Assembly: GCA_963715335.1 (NCBI GenBank)
Contig: CAVQRZ010000009.1
Span: forward strand, 96,001 to 160,000
Source: an uncultured delta proteobacterium
Lineage (GTDB): Bacteria; Desulfobacterota; Desulfuromonadia; Desulfuromonadales; BM103
Length of the DNA stretch: 64,000 nt
Reading direction: 5' to 3'
Positions 41,704-52,286 of the stretch are shown in pieces. The stretch's first letter is position 1. Every line of letters begins with the position of its first letter. The notes below the pieces were generated by a model, which searched no databases, was not told the DNA's origin, and saw only the letters and a list, made by a program, of their open reading frames with translations. The position numbers and the translations under genes were made by a program.

Positions 41704-42379
41704 TGCGCTCCCTGCTGCTGACTGCGCTCCTGCTGCTCTGCGTCGGTTCCCCGCTCTCTGCTGAAGACGGCCGCACACTCGCCGACCTGCGGCAGGCCCA
41801 TGCCCTGCTGCAGTCGGAATACACGCTGGTCAAAAGCGGCAACTCTTTTTGCTCTTCGATCTCCAGGAGCAGCAGGTCCAGTTAAGGGGCAGCGGCCTGG
41901 TCCTCGAGTCCTGGCCGATCGAAGGCTTTCGGACCTGGGGGGGAACCTTTCTCACCTCTGCTGTTTCCCTGTTGCGTAAAACCAGCTTTAACGACCCCGA
42001 ACGCGACGTGCAGGTGGCGGAGATCGCTACGCCCGCGGCCAGCATCAAACCGCCGAAAGCCCTGGAAATTGGTGATATGCCGACCCGTTATCGTCTGCAC
42101 CTGGAGAACGGCATCGTGATCAGCGTGCGCCCGACCGCGGCTGATTGGCTTGCCCGGGTGCGGAGCCTTGGGGCCGTACCGGCCTGGTACCTGAGCCGGC
42201 CATTGATTTCCAGCTGGAATTCAGTGCGTGGCTCGACCTATAATGAAGTGGCCCTGTCCATGACGGCACAGGATGCACGCATGCTGTACTGGGCCTTCCG
42301 CGAAAACACTCCTTGCCTGATTCGTTTTCCGGCGGAAGTGGCCGCCAAGGCCCCTCTCTCCGCCGGAGCGCAACGGTGA
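41703..42379 (+). CDS. Exported YkuD-like protein lacking catalytic His/Cys (apparent -1 frameshift near 41841)
   Basis: Signal peptide; the frames join as KSGK-LFLLFDL; the C-terminus mimics the YkuD end without HG/GC. Confidence 0.6.
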
Positions 42380-43839
42380 CAACCGCCCAAAACAGCCGCC
42401 GACCCAAAGATTGGGGACGTTTTTTCGGCTTACACAGCCTGTGGGTCCGCCTGGCGCTTCTGATGCTGCTGACCAGCCTAAGCCTGGTTATGATCCTGGT
42501 GATTTTTTACCACCAGACCGAAGCCCGCTTCTATAATGAATTCTCGCGTCAGACCACGGAGCTTTCCAAGGCCATGCAGATCGGCATGGAAGGATCGGCC
42601 GGCGGCAGCTCGGACGAGCCGATGAATCTTGATGGCTACCTGGCCGGTATTAACGCCAAAGGGGTCAAGGAAGTTTCAGTCATCGGCAGTTCCAACCGAA
42701 TCGTCGCCAGCACCAACCGGGAGAATGTCGGCAAGTGGATTACCCAGCAGCGCAAGGAGCTGATCTTCAAAGCCGACCTCGGTGAACCCGTCACCGGGGA
42801 AGGACAACTCTTCAACGTGATTGTGCCGCTCGTTGCGAGTGGCAAACCCGCCGGCTACATTCACCTGAAATTGAACACCGAGGACTTCTCGATCCTCCTG
42901 CGGCTCAGCGCCATCCGCCGGATTCTTGCCGCCCTGTGCGTGCTCAGCATTGGCACGGCGGTCGCTGTGGTGCTGGCCCGTTACTATACCCGGCCAATCG
43001 CAGCCATGGCTGCAGCCGCGGAACACGTTGCCGCCGGCAACCTGGATCAAACCCTGCCGACCCAGCGCCGTGATGAAATCGGCCAACTGGCACGCAGCTT
43101 CAACGCCTTGATTGTTCGTTTGCGAGAAGATCGCCAGTTACGCAAGCGGCTCCGCACAGCCGAACACCTGGCAAGCGCAGGGCAGTTTGCCCGCCACATC
43201 GCCCACGAAATCAAGAACCCGCTGAACTTCATCAGCCTGTCAATCGATCACATCGGCGACACCTATCGCCCACCCGATCACGAAACGGCCAGGCGCTTCG
43301 ACGCCCTTATGCTCAACCTCAAGGGAGAGATCGGGCGGATCGGCCGGTTTGCCGAAAGCTTTCTCGAATACGGTCGACCTTTCGAGCTGCAGATCGAAGA
43401 TTGCGATATTGAACAGGTCATCACCGAGGTCCTGGACCTGGTTTCGGCGCGGGCCAGGAGTGCCGGCATCAGCATTGTCCGTGAGACGGTGCCGTTGCCC
43501 CAGATAAAAGCAGACCACGCATTCCTGCGCACCTGCCTGCTCAATATTGTCAAGAATGCCTTCGAGGCGATGCCGGATGGCGGCACCTTCACGGTGAGCG
43601 GCACTCACAATGATAGCCAGCTGACCATGGTACTGCAGGACACCGGCATCGGGGTCGCTGCGGAAAATCTTGATAAACTGTTTACTCCGTTGTTTTCAAC
43701 CAAGCAGAACGGCTTGGGGCTCGGCCTTGCTCTGACCCGGCGAGTCATTGAAGAGCATGGCGGCAAAGTCCAGTTCGAGAGCGAGCCGGGGCGGGGGAGC
43801 AGCGTATCCTTCAGCCTGCCGCTGGACAAGGAGAAATGA
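42376..43839 (+). CDS. HAMP sensor histidine kinase (NtrB-like)
   Basis: Two TMs, HAMP, AHEIKNPL, GLGLGL. Confidence 0.9.
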   Translation: MTTAQNSRRPKDWGRFFGLHSLWVRLALLMLLTSLSLVMILVIFYHQTEARFYNEFSRQTTELSKAMQIGMEGSAGGSSDEPMNLDGYLAGINAKGVKEVSVIGSSNRIVASTNRENVGKWITQQRKELIFKADLGEPVTGEGQLFNVIVPLVASGKPAGYIHLKLNTEDFSILLRLSAIRRILAALCVLSIGTAVAVVLARYYTRPIAAMAAAAEHVAAGNLDQTLPTQRRDEIGQLARSFNALIVRLREDRQLRKRLRTAEHLASAGQFARHIAHEIKNPLNFISLSIDHIGDTYRPPDHETARRFDALMLNLKGEIGRIGRFAESFLEYGRPFELQIEDCDIEQVITEVLDLVSARARSAGISIVRETVPLPQIKADHAFLRTCLLNIVKNAFEAMPDGGTFTVSGTHNDSQLTMVLQDTGIGVAAENLDKLFTPLFSTKQNGLGLGLALTRRVIEEHGGKVQFESEPGRGSSVSFSLPLDKEK

Positions 43840-45218
43840 TGAAACCGGTTATCCTGGTGGTTGACGACGAGCCTCTGCAGCGCGATATCATGAGAACCAT
43901 TCTCGAAGGCGAGGGCTACCCTGTCGAGACGGCCGCGTCGGGGATCGAAGCGTTGACGATCATGAAAAAAACTCCGGCCGACCTGGTTTTAACCGACCTG
44001 AGGATGACCGGCATGGATGGCCTTGAACTGCTGGCGGCAATGCCGCGCGGCGCGGTGCCGCCGCCGGTGATCATCGTCACAGCGCACGGCACTATCGACT
44101 CGGCGGTGGAGGCGGTTCGCAAAGGCGCCTTTGACTACCTGACCAAGCCACTCGACAAAACCAGGCTTCTGCTGACGGTCAACAAGGCGAGCGAGCGCAT
44201 CGCAATTCTGAAAGAGAATACCCGTCTCAAGCAGGAGCTCTACGGCCGTTTTCGGCTCGACGGGATCATCGCTCATTCATCGGCCATGCACCGGGTCATC
44301 AATCTGCTGCAGAAAGTCGCTGAGTCTTCCAGCACTGTTTTGTTGCTCGGCGAAAGCGGCAGCGGCAAGGAGCTTGCGGCACGCGCCATTCACTACAACA
44401 GCCCAAGGCGCAGTCGTCCCTTTACAGCGCTCAACTGCGCGGCGATTCCGGACGCCTTGTTCGAGAACGAGCTGTTCGGTCACGAAGCTGGCGCCTACAC
44501 CGGTGCGCTCGGGCGGCGCCAGGGGCTCTTCGAGGTCAGCGATGGCGGCACCCTGTTCCTTGATGAGATCGGCGACCTGCCGATGTCGATGCAATCGAAA
44601 CTGCTGCGCGTCCTGCAGGATCGTGAAGTACGCAGGATCGGTGGTAAAGAACCGATCCTCATTGACGTCCGCATCATTGCGGCGACCAACAAGGACCTGG
44701 AAACCGCGGTGGAAAAAGGCACCTTCCGCGAGGATCTGTTCTACCGTCTCAACGTCGTCAGCATAGAACTGCCGCCACTTCGCGAACGCCGCGAGGATCT
44801 CGTCCCGCTGGTCGAGCATTACCTGCAAAAGTTCAGCACCGAGTTCGGTCGAGCGGTATGTGAAATCGCGCCAGACGCCATGCGTCTGCTGGTCGAGCAT
44901 CGCTGGCCGGGCAATGTGCGGCAACTCGCGGCAGTGATGGAGCGTGCCGTGCTGCTCAGCGACGGCCCGGTTCTGACCAGGGAGGACATCGCCAATCGCC
45001 TGCAGCCCCGCAAAACCGCCGACCCGAACCGACTTGAACTCCCCGAGGAAGGCCTCGACCTCGAAGCCTTCGAAAAGGAGATGATCCGCAAGGCCCTCGT
45101 GCGCACCGGCGGGATGGCGACGCGCGCGGCAAAACTGCTGAATATGAGCTACAAAACCTTTCTCTATCGCGTGGAGAAATACGGCATCACCAATGATCGC
45201 CAAGACGAGAGCCGGTAG
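43836..45218 (+). CDS. Sigma54-dependent response regulator (NtrC family)
   Basis: Receiver domain, GESGSGKE, ELFGHEAGAYTGA, WPGNVRQL, C-terminal HTH. Confidence 0.94.
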   Translation: MMKPVILVVDDEPLQRDIMRTILEGEGYPVETAASGIEALTIMKKTPADLVLTDLRMTGMDGLELLAAMPRGAVPPPVIIVTAHGTIDSAVEAVRKGAFDYLTKPLDKTRLLLTVNKASERIAILKENTRLKQELYGRFRLDGIIAHSSAMHRVINLLQKVAESSSTVLLLGESGSGKELAARAIHYNSPRRSRPFTALNCAAIPDALFENELFGHEAGAYTGALGRRQGLFEVSDGGTLFLDEIGDLPMSMQSKLLRVLQDREVRRIGGKEPILIDVRIIAATNKDLETAVEKGTFREDLFYRLNVVSIELPPLRERREDLVPLVEHYLQKFSTEFGRAVCEIAPDAMRLLVEHRWPGNVRQLAAVMERAVLLSDGPVLTREDIANRLQPRKTADPNRLELPEEGLDLEAFEKEMIRKALVRTGGMATRAAKLLNMSYKTFLYRVEKYGITNDRQDESR

Positions 45219-45350
45219 GAGTTTACCGCTCTATGCCGCCTGCGCCTTATCCTCCTCCTGAAACCGCCGTAAAAACCATGGTTGACTTGCGACGAATGAC
45301 CCCTCTATCATTGGAGGATAAGGAATGTTTTCACTCGTTAAGGATTGTTT

Positions 45351-45869
45351 ATGGCCTTACTCAAGATACGTCACTACCCGGACCCGGTCCTGAAAAAGGT
45401 GGCCACTCCGGTCACCGAGTTTGACGACTCACTGCGTCAGTTGGCCCACGACATGGCCGAGACGATGTACGCCGCCCCCGGTGTCGGCCTGGCCGCGCCG
45501 CAGGTCGGCATCAGCAAACGGTTGGCGGTGATCGACTGCTCGGCCCGCGATGAGGGCGCCCAGCTGCTGGTGCTGGTCAACCCGGAAATCATCGACCGGG
45601 AAGGCGACGCCTGTGAAGAAGAAGGCTGCCTGTCGGTCCCGGAGTACTATGCCAAGGTCAGCCGCAGCGCCAGAGTCAAGGTGCGGTTCCAGGACCTCGA
45701 CGAACGGCCCCACACCATTGAGGCGGCGGGGCTGACGGCGATCGCCTGCCAGCATGAGATCGACCACCTCGACGGCATCCTCTTCGTCGATCACCTCTCA
45801 CCGCTCAAGCGCAGCATTTTCCGTAAGAAGTGGCAAAAGATCCAGGACCACCTCGCGGAGCAGATGTGA
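45351..45869 (+). CDS. def: Peptide deformylase
   Basis: GVGLAAPQ, EGCLS, QHEIDHL. Confidence 0.97.
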   Translation: MALLKIRHYPDPVLKKVATPVTEFDDSLRQLAHDMAETMYAAPGVGLAAPQVGISKRLAVIDCSARDEGAQLLVLVNPEIIDREGDACEEEGCLSVPEYYAKVSRSARVKVRFQDLDERPHTIEAAGLTAIACQHEIDHLDGILFVDHLSPLKRSIFRKKWQKIQDHLAEQM

Positions 45870-46810
45870 TGCGACCGCAGGACTTACGGACCGTTTTCAT
45901 GGGAACCCCCGACTTCGCCCTGCAGACTCTGCAGGGCTTAATCGATGCGGGCTGCAACCTGGTCGGCGTCTACACCCAGCCGGACCGGCCCAAAGGTCGA
46001 GGCAAACAGCTGGCGGCGCCGCCGGTCAAGGCGCTTGCCCTGCAGCACAAAATCCCGGTCTTCCAGCCACAAAAACTGCGCCAGCCCGAGGTGGTCAGCG
46101 AACTCAGGGCACTGGCCCCCGACCTGATTGTGGTTGTGGCATATGGACAGATTCTGCCGAAGAGCGTGCTCGACATCCCGGCACACGGCTGCATCAACGT
46201 GCATGCCTCACTGCTGCCCAGATACCGCGGCGCGGCGCCGATCAACAAGGCGATCATTGACGGCGAGACGGCAACCGGCATCACCACCATGTTCATGGAC
46301 GTCGGCCTCGATACCGGCGACATGCTGGTGAAAAGGGCCTTGCCGATCGGCCCGGAAGAAACCGCCGGTGAACTGCACGACCGCCTGGCCGTGCTTGGTC
46401 GCGAAACGATGGAGGAAACCCTGCGGCAGCTCTGTGCCGGCACCCTGCGCAGAGAAGTCCAGGATGATGCTCAGAGCACCTATGCCCCGATGATGAAAAA
46501 GGAGGACGGCCGTATCGACTGGGGCCGCTCCGCGACCGAAGTGCACAATCAGGTGCGCGGGCTCGACCCCTGGCCCGGCGCTTACACCAGCCTGAACGGC
46601 GAGCTGCTGAAACTCGCCCGCACCCGCCCGGAGGCAGACGGTGACGCATCGCCCGGTACGGTCATCGCCGCCGACCGCGAGGGCGTGCGCATCGCCTGCG
46701 GCAATGGCTCGCTGCTGGTCAGGGAGCTTCAGCTGGCAGGCCGCAAACGCCTCGGGGCCGCCGATTTCCTGCGCGGCTGTGCGCTGGAGCCCGGGATGGT
46801 TCTTGAATAG
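45869..46810 (+). CDS. fmt: Methionyl-tRNA formyltransferase
   Basis: [28 protein letters not shown]. Confidence 0.97.
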   Translation: MRPQDLRTVFMGTPDFALQTLQGLIDAGCNLVGVYTQPDRPKGRGKQLAAPPVKALALQHKIPVFQPQKLRQPEVVSELRALAPDLIVVVAYGQILPKSVLDIPAHGCINVHASLLPRYRGAAPINKAIIDGETATGITTMFMDVGLDTGDMLVKRALPIGPEETAGELHDRLAVLGRETMEETLRQLCAGTLRREVQDDAQSTYAPMMKKEDGRIDWGRSATEVHNQVRGLDPWPGAYTSLNGELLKLARTRPEADGDASPGTVIAADREGVRIACGNGSLLVRELQLAGRKRLGAADFLRGCALEPGMVLE

Positions 46811-46902
46811 ACTGCGCCATTGATTTTTCAAAAAGAGTGGTTACATTTTACGCCGCAGATTTTCGCAAACACCCTGATCAACAAAGAAGGCTTTGGCAGA
46901 TT

Positions 46903-47739
46903 ATGAATACCTTGCGCACTGTTGTCCTGCTGACCGTTTTAACCCTTGGCCTGGTTTTCATCGGCGGCCTGATTGGCGGCCAGCAGGGCGCGCTGATCGC
47001 CCTGATCCTGGCCGGCGCCATGAACATGGGCTCCTACTGGTTTTCCGACAAGATCGTCATCAAGATGTATCGCGGCAGCGAGGTAACCAGCGGCCAACTG
47101 TTCGACGTGGTCGCCGAAATCTGCCAGGCCAACCGGCTGCCGATGCCGAAGGTTTACACCCTGCCGCAATCGACCCCGAATGCCTTCGCGACCGGCCGCA
47201 ACCCTGACCATGCCGTGGTCGCCGCAACCGAGGGGATCACGCAGATTCTGACCCGCGACGAACTGAAAGGGGTCATGGCTCACGAAATGAGCCACGTCAT
47301 GCATCGTGACATCCTGATCGGCTCGATCGCCGCAACGATCGCCGGCGCCATCGCCTATCTGGCGCACATGGCCCAGTGGTCAGCGATGTTCGGTGGTTTC
47401 GGCCGCGACGACGAAGACAGCAACCCGCTCGCTTTGATCGCCCTGGCGATTATTGCGCCGCTGGCAGCGATGCTGATCCAAATGGCGATTTCCCGCTCCC
47501 GTGAATTCGAAGCGGACAAGGGTGGGGCGCAGCTGTGCGGCAACCCGCTTTCCCTGGCCAGCGCCTTGCGCAAGCTGGAAAACGCCAACCAGACCATGCC
47601 GATGCCCCGGGTCAACGAAGCCACCGCACACATGTTCATCGTCAATCCCCTGAGAGGGAGCGGGATCAAGGCCCTGTTTACCACTCATCCGCCGATGGCG
47701 GAACGCATCCGGCGGCTCGAGGAGATGGCCGGAAGATAA
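46903..47739 (+). CDS. htpX: Zinc metalloprotease HtpX
   Basis: [25 protein letters not shown]. Confidence 0.93.
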   Translation: MNTLRTVVLLTVLTLGLVFIGGLIGGQQGALIALILAGAMNMGSYWFSDKIVIKMYRGSEVTSGQLFDVVAEICQANRLPMPKVYTLPQSTPNAFATGRNPDHAVVAATEGITQILTRDELKGVMAHEMSHVMHRDILIGSIAATIAGAIAYLAHMAQWSAMFGGFGRDDEDSNPLALIALAIIAPLAAMLIQMAISRSREFEADKGGAQLCGNPLSLASALRKLENANQTMPMPRVNEATAHMFIVNPLRGSGIKALFTTHPPMAERIRRLEEMAGR

Positions 47740-47755
47740 GTTGTGTACACTTTGC

Positions 47756-47790
47756 AAAAGGACGGCTCCATTCGGAAGCCGTCCTTTTTT
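47756..47790 (+). terminator. Intrinsic terminator after htpX
   Basis: GGACGGCT...AGCCGTCC followed by a T-run. Confidence 0.8.
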
Positions 47791-47850
47791 ATTAGTCTTA
47801 AAAGTTTCACTGCTTTTGGTGTTACTGCTTTGCTTTTTTACTGTGCCTTT

Positions 47851-48073
47851 CCCTCCCTTTGAGTGCCGCCGAACAGAATGAAATTAATCCGGATAACCGA
47901 AGAAAAACTGTCTGAGGCGTTAGCCGAGTTTTTTTCTTCGCCGGATTGATTTTATGGCGTGAGGGAACCTGCCATAGTGCAAAGCGCTATGGCGGGCAAA
48001 CGGAGGGCGGCCTTCTTTTGCCTACTTTTCTTGGCCGGCAAGAAAAGTAGGGCGCCTGCCGGGCGCAACCGGC
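47851..48073 (+). repeat. ~220-nt structured repeat/ncRNA-like element, copy 1
   Basis: Nested stems around CTGTCTGAGGCGTTAGCCGAGTT; ends in a TACTTTTCTT/AAGAAAAGTA hairpin. Confidence 0.6.
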
Positions 48074-48100
48074 AAACCATCAATCAATGCAAGTAGATAC

Positions 48101-48310
48101 AGGGGTTGCGGCCCCTGACGCCGCCTTACTTTCTTTGCTTGTGCAAAAGAAAGTAAGCAAAGAAACACACCCAATGCCTTGCCCGCTGCGCGGGTTCCCG
48201 GTGCCGAAAAGATGAACGTCGGCAGGGCGAAAACTCGGCTTGCGCCTCAAACAGTTCGCCCTGCTGATCGACGTTAATCCATTCGTCACCGGCTGCAGCA
48301 ACAGGGGAGG
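48101..48310 (-). repeat. ~210-nt structured repeat/ncRNA-like element, copy 2 (inverted)
   Basis: Minus strand has CTGTTTGAGGCGCAAGCCGAGTT and the same architecture with different stem sequences. Confidence 0.6.
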
Positions 48311-48395
48311 AGAAGCATAAACGGATACTGAAATTATGGTGACACAATGCTATTGTGTCACCATAATTGGATTATCACATAACGATCAGGTCCAG

Positions 48396-49782
48396 ATGCC
48401 CACTCAACAAACAGTTAAAGAAATCAACGCCCGCTCCGGCGCCTACGAAATCCTGCAGCGCGTCGAACAGGGCGGCTACGCCGATCGGTTGCTCGACAGC
48501 TACCTGCAGCGCCACCCGACGCTGGAGGCTCGCGAGAAAGGGTCTGCTGACTGAGCTGGTCTACGGCATCCTGCGCCTGCGCGGACGGCTCGACTTCGCC
48601 CTCGGTCTGTTTTCCCGCCAGCCGCTGCAGAAGCTGGAAACCGATGCCTTGCTGCTGTTGCGCCTCGGCGCCTACCAGCTCCTCCAGCTCGACCGGGTTC
48701 CGGCCCATGCCGCAGTGCATGCCACTGTCGAACTGGCCCACCAGGTCGGCATGGGGCGGGTGGCCGGCCTGGTCAACGGCACGCTGCGCACGCTGGAAAG
48801 ACAAAAGACGACGATCGCCTGGCCGACACCGGACAACCTGAGCGCTTACCTGCAGCACGTCTGCAGTCTGCCGAAATGGCTGGCGAAAGCCTTGCTGCAC
48901 CAGTTTCCCAACGCAGAATCCCGGGCGCTGGCTGAAGCCCTGGCCCTGGCGGCACCACAGGCCTTGCGGGTCAATACCCTGAAGACCGATCGGCAGAGCT
49001 ACCTTGCGGCACTGGCTGAGGCAGGTCATTCGGCCCGGCCATGCCATTATGCGCCGGAGGGAATCCTTCTCGAGCAGCGTGCCGCGCAGCCGTTGCCGGG
49101 CGACCACGAAGGCTGGTACCAGGTCCAGGACGAGGCGAGCATGCTGGTTTCCCATCTGCTCGAGGCAAAGCCCGGCGACCGGATCCTTGACGCCTGCGCG
49201 GCGCCGGGCGGCAAAACCACCCACCTGGCAGCCCTGACCGGCAACCAGGCCAAAATCATGGCCCTGGACAAATATCCACAGAGGGTCGAACTGATCGAGC
49301 AGGGCGCAAGCCGGCTTGGCTGCCGGGGGATCGAAACCCGGTGCTGGGATCTCACCGAAGCCCCTGCCAGCCTCGAACCGGAATCGTTTGACCGGATTCT
49401 CGTCGACGCACCCTGCAGCGGACTCGGGGTGTTGCGCCGCAACCCGGAAAGTCGCTGGAGACGGAAACCGGCGGACATGACCACGCTCTCTGCGCTGCAG
49501 TCGACGATCCTCAATCACGTCGCACCGTTGCTGCGTCCCGGCGGTCTTCTGCTCTATTCTGTCTGCACCTTCGGCGAAGCAGAGACCGATGCCGTGGTCA
49601 GGCAGTTTCTGGCGGCTCATCCCGATATGACCCTCGAGAACTTGCGCAGCGCCCTGCCCCCAGAATGGCTCGGGCTGACAACCGACACCGGCTGTCTGCG
49701 CACCCTGCCGCATCGTCACGACAGCATGGATGCCTTCTTCGCAGCAAGGTTTGTTAAAGGACAGGGAAAAGAAAAGAGGTAA
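48396..49782 (+). CDS. rsmB: 16S rRNA m5C967 methyltransferase (apparent +1 frameshift near 48540)
   Basis: NusB-like N-terminus, QDEAS, DACAAPGGKT, DAPCSG, YSVCT. Confidence 0.9.
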
Positions 49783-49913
49783 CAGGAAAGCGGGCCCCTC
49801 ACCTCCCTTTCAACTGGCCAAACCATTTTCATATAGGTTATAAAGAGCCAGTAACTTAATCTTTTGCATGGCCGGTGCACCATAACCGGCGGTTCATGCA
49901 GCGGAGATTCATC

Positions 49914-50579
49914 ATGATCAAAATTGCCCCATCAATCCTGTCCGCCGATTTTTCGCGTTTGGGGGAAGAGGTCCGGGCTATTGACCGGGCCGGTGCCGAC
50001 TACATCCATGTTGATGTCATGGACGGCCACTTCGTGCCGAACATCACGATCGGGCCGCTGGTGGTCGACGCCCTGCGCAAGGTCACCGCCAAACCGCTCG
50101 ACGTTCACCTGATGATCGAGAACCCGGACCGGTATATTGCCGACTTCGCCAGGGCCGGTGCTGATATTATCACCATCCACCAGGAGGCGGTTGCGCACCT
50201 GCACCGTAGCGTGCAACTGATCAAAAGCCTCGGCAAACAGGCCGGAGTTTCGCTTAACCCGGCGACCCCGGTGGAGACGCTCGATGTGATCCTCGATGAA
50301 CTCGACCTGGTGCTGGTCATGTCGGTCAACCCGGGCTTTGGCGGGCAGGCGTTCATTCCCTCGGCTCTCGACAAGATTCGTGCCCTGCGCCAGCGCATCA
50401 CGCAACGCGGCCTCGCCACGGAACTGCAGGTCGATGGCGGCATCAAGGTCGACAATATTCGTGCTGTGGTGGCCGCCGGGGCCGATGTCCTGGTGGCAGG
50501 CAGCGCTGTATTCTCTTCCGACGACTATGCCGCGACCATCACGGCCTTGCGGGAGAGTGCTCTCAGTACAGCCGTCTGA
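49914..50579 (+). CDS. rpe: Ribulose-phosphate 3-epimerase
   Basis: [36 protein letters not shown]. Confidence 0.97.
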   Translation: MIKIAPSILSADFSRLGEEVRAIDRAGADYIHVDVMDGHFVPNITIGPLVVDALRKVTAKPLDVHLMIENPDRYIADFARAGADIITIHQEAVAHLHRSVQLIKSLGKQAGVSLNPATPVETLDVILDELDLVLVMSVNPGFGGQAFIPSALDKIRALRQRITQRGLATELQVDGGIKVDNIRAVVAAGADVLVAGSAVFSSDDYAATITALRESALSTAV

Positions 50580-51145
50580 TGCTCGATCGCAAACGCCTGG
50601 CCAGCCACTTTCAGGCTTTCCCGCGCCAGACCATCCCGGTCGGCTCCTTGCGTCCGGCCGCGGTCCTGGTCCCCCTCTTTAATCGCAACGGCGATGATCA
50701 CCTGCTCTTTACCGAGCGGACGGCCCACCTCGAACACCATGCCGGGGAAATTTCCTTTCCGGGCGGCGGCCACGATGCCAGGGACCAAGATCTGACGGTC
50801 ACGGCGCTGCGTGAAACCGAAGAGGAACTCGGCATCCCGAGGAGCCAGGTCGATGTCCTCGGTCGCCTGGATGATTTCTATTCGATCCACGGCTACCACG
50901 TGATCCCCTACGTTGGCGTGATTCCAAGTCCGGATAATCTGCAGCACGACCCCTTTGAAATTGCCGGCACCTTCGAAGCGCCGCTCGATTATTTCCGCAA
51001 TCCGGCAATCCATCGGATCGAAGACTGGCGGCACCGAGAGCGCACCCATCTGGTGGACTTCTACCAGTTCGGGGAGCATGTCATCTGGGGGCTGACCGCC
51101 GCGATCCTGCGCCAGTTTCTTGAAGAAACGGCAGGCCTGCGTTGA
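50579..51145 (+). CDS. CoA pyrophosphatase (Nudix, NudL-like)
   Basis: AAVLVPL, HAGEISFPGG, ALRETEEELG, IWGLTA. Confidence 0.9.
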   Translation: MLDRKRLASHFQAFPRQTIPVGSLRPAAVLVPLFNRNGDDHLLFTERTAHLEHHAGEISFPGGGHDARDQDLTVTALRETEEELGIPRSQVDVLGRLDDFYSIHGYHVIPYVGVIPSPDNLQHDPFEIAGTFEAPLDYFRNPAIHRIEDWRHRERTHLVDFYQFGEHVIWGLTAAILRQFLEETAGLR

Positions 51146-51192
51146 ACGGGAGACTCTGGGCAAGGGGCTCTCAGACGGGGTGAAACAGGTAA

Positions 51193-51483
51193 TCAAGCGG
51201 GTTGACAGGTCATGCCAGGAGGAAAGTCGAGACCGAGCATGCGGTCGAGAACGCCCCGTTCATCGAGGTCGAAAAGCTCTGGGCAGCCGCCGACCAGAGC
51301 GTCGTTGACGAAAATTTCCGGGACGCTCTGGCGTTGACTGCGTTGCTGCATTTCTGCTGCCTTGAGGAGGTCGTTGGTGATATCATGCTCAACAAAATCC
51401 ACCCCCTTGATGCGCAGGAGGTCCTTGGCACGTTGGCAGTAAGCGCAGTTGCGCTTGGTATAGATTTCTACACTGATTCCCAT
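51193..51483 (-). CDS. grxC: Glutaredoxin 3-like protein
   Basis: CAYC, SVPEIF, VGGC. Confidence 0.82.
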   Translation of the reverse strand: MGISVEIYTKRNCAYCQRAKDLLRIKGVDFVEHDITNDLLKAAEMQQRSQRQSVPEIFVNDALVGGCPELFDLDERGVLDRMLGLDFPPGMTCQPA

Positions 51484-51567
51484 TGCACCCTGTTCCGGGA
51501 TGGTTTTCCACTAAAGGATAAGATACCCCAGACCACCGAGGATGCAAGCAACGGAAAGGAAAATTCT

Positions 51568-51993
51568 GTGAAGATGACGGGCTGGAAATTTTTATGCGGA
51601 TTTTTCATGGTGCTGACCCTGGTTGGCTGCAACTATCATGACAAACAGGTCGCCGAGGTCGGTGACAATAGCCTGGAAGACTTCGTCTCTGCCATGCGCT
51701 GGAAGCAATACCAGGTCGCGGCCAGTCTCATGCAGCCGGAATTCCGCCAGGAATTCATCAAGACCTTCACCGCGTTCAAAGATGATCTGCATATCTCCGA
51801 TGTCAGGCAGGTGGATATGCAAATTTTCGAAGAGGGCCGACGCATAGAAACCGTTATTGAGATGGATTACACCCTGCTGCCTTCCATCACGCTCAAGACC
51901 TTTACCTTCGACCAGATCTGGATCTATACCGAGGAGAGCGATGCGGCGCAGGGGGGGTTTTTGATCGTCACCCCGTTTCCTGAATTCCCCTGA
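51568..51993 (+). CDS. Hypothetical lipoprotein
   Basis: AAGGA RBS, lipobox LVGC, open frame. Confidence 0.7.
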   Translation: MKMTGWKFLCGFFMVLTLVGCNYHDKQVAEVGDNSLEDFVSAMRWKQYQVAASLMQPEFRQEFIKTFTAFKDDLHISDVRQVDMQIFEEGRRIETVIEMDYTLLPSITLKTFTFDQIWIYTEESDAAQGGFLIVTPFPEFP

Positions 51994-52286
51994 GTTTGTG
52001 ATCACGCCCCGCAAACCACTAATTAAACAAAAACGTGGCAGGCCGCTGCGCCTGCCTGCGGCGTGGCGGGTCGTGTCCGTGGTGCTGAAAAGCCTTGACT
52101 GCGGCGTCCCACTACGCTCAATTTTCCCTTGATTTACCCGTTATCCCTGTGGTATTTAGCTGCATACTGTATACAATCATGAATAGAATGAAACATTCAG
52201 GCACATACCGCTACAAATAAGCGCTGAGGCGCTTTTTTTGCTGTGGTTCTGTGTGCTGAAAACCTGACCTGAATGGGAGGTTCAAC

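Noticed and set aside
51202..51567. Long N-terminal extension of the 51568 lipoprotein
   Set aside because: It overlaps the glutaredoxin on the opposite strand; the lipoprotein signal and RBS place the start at 51568.
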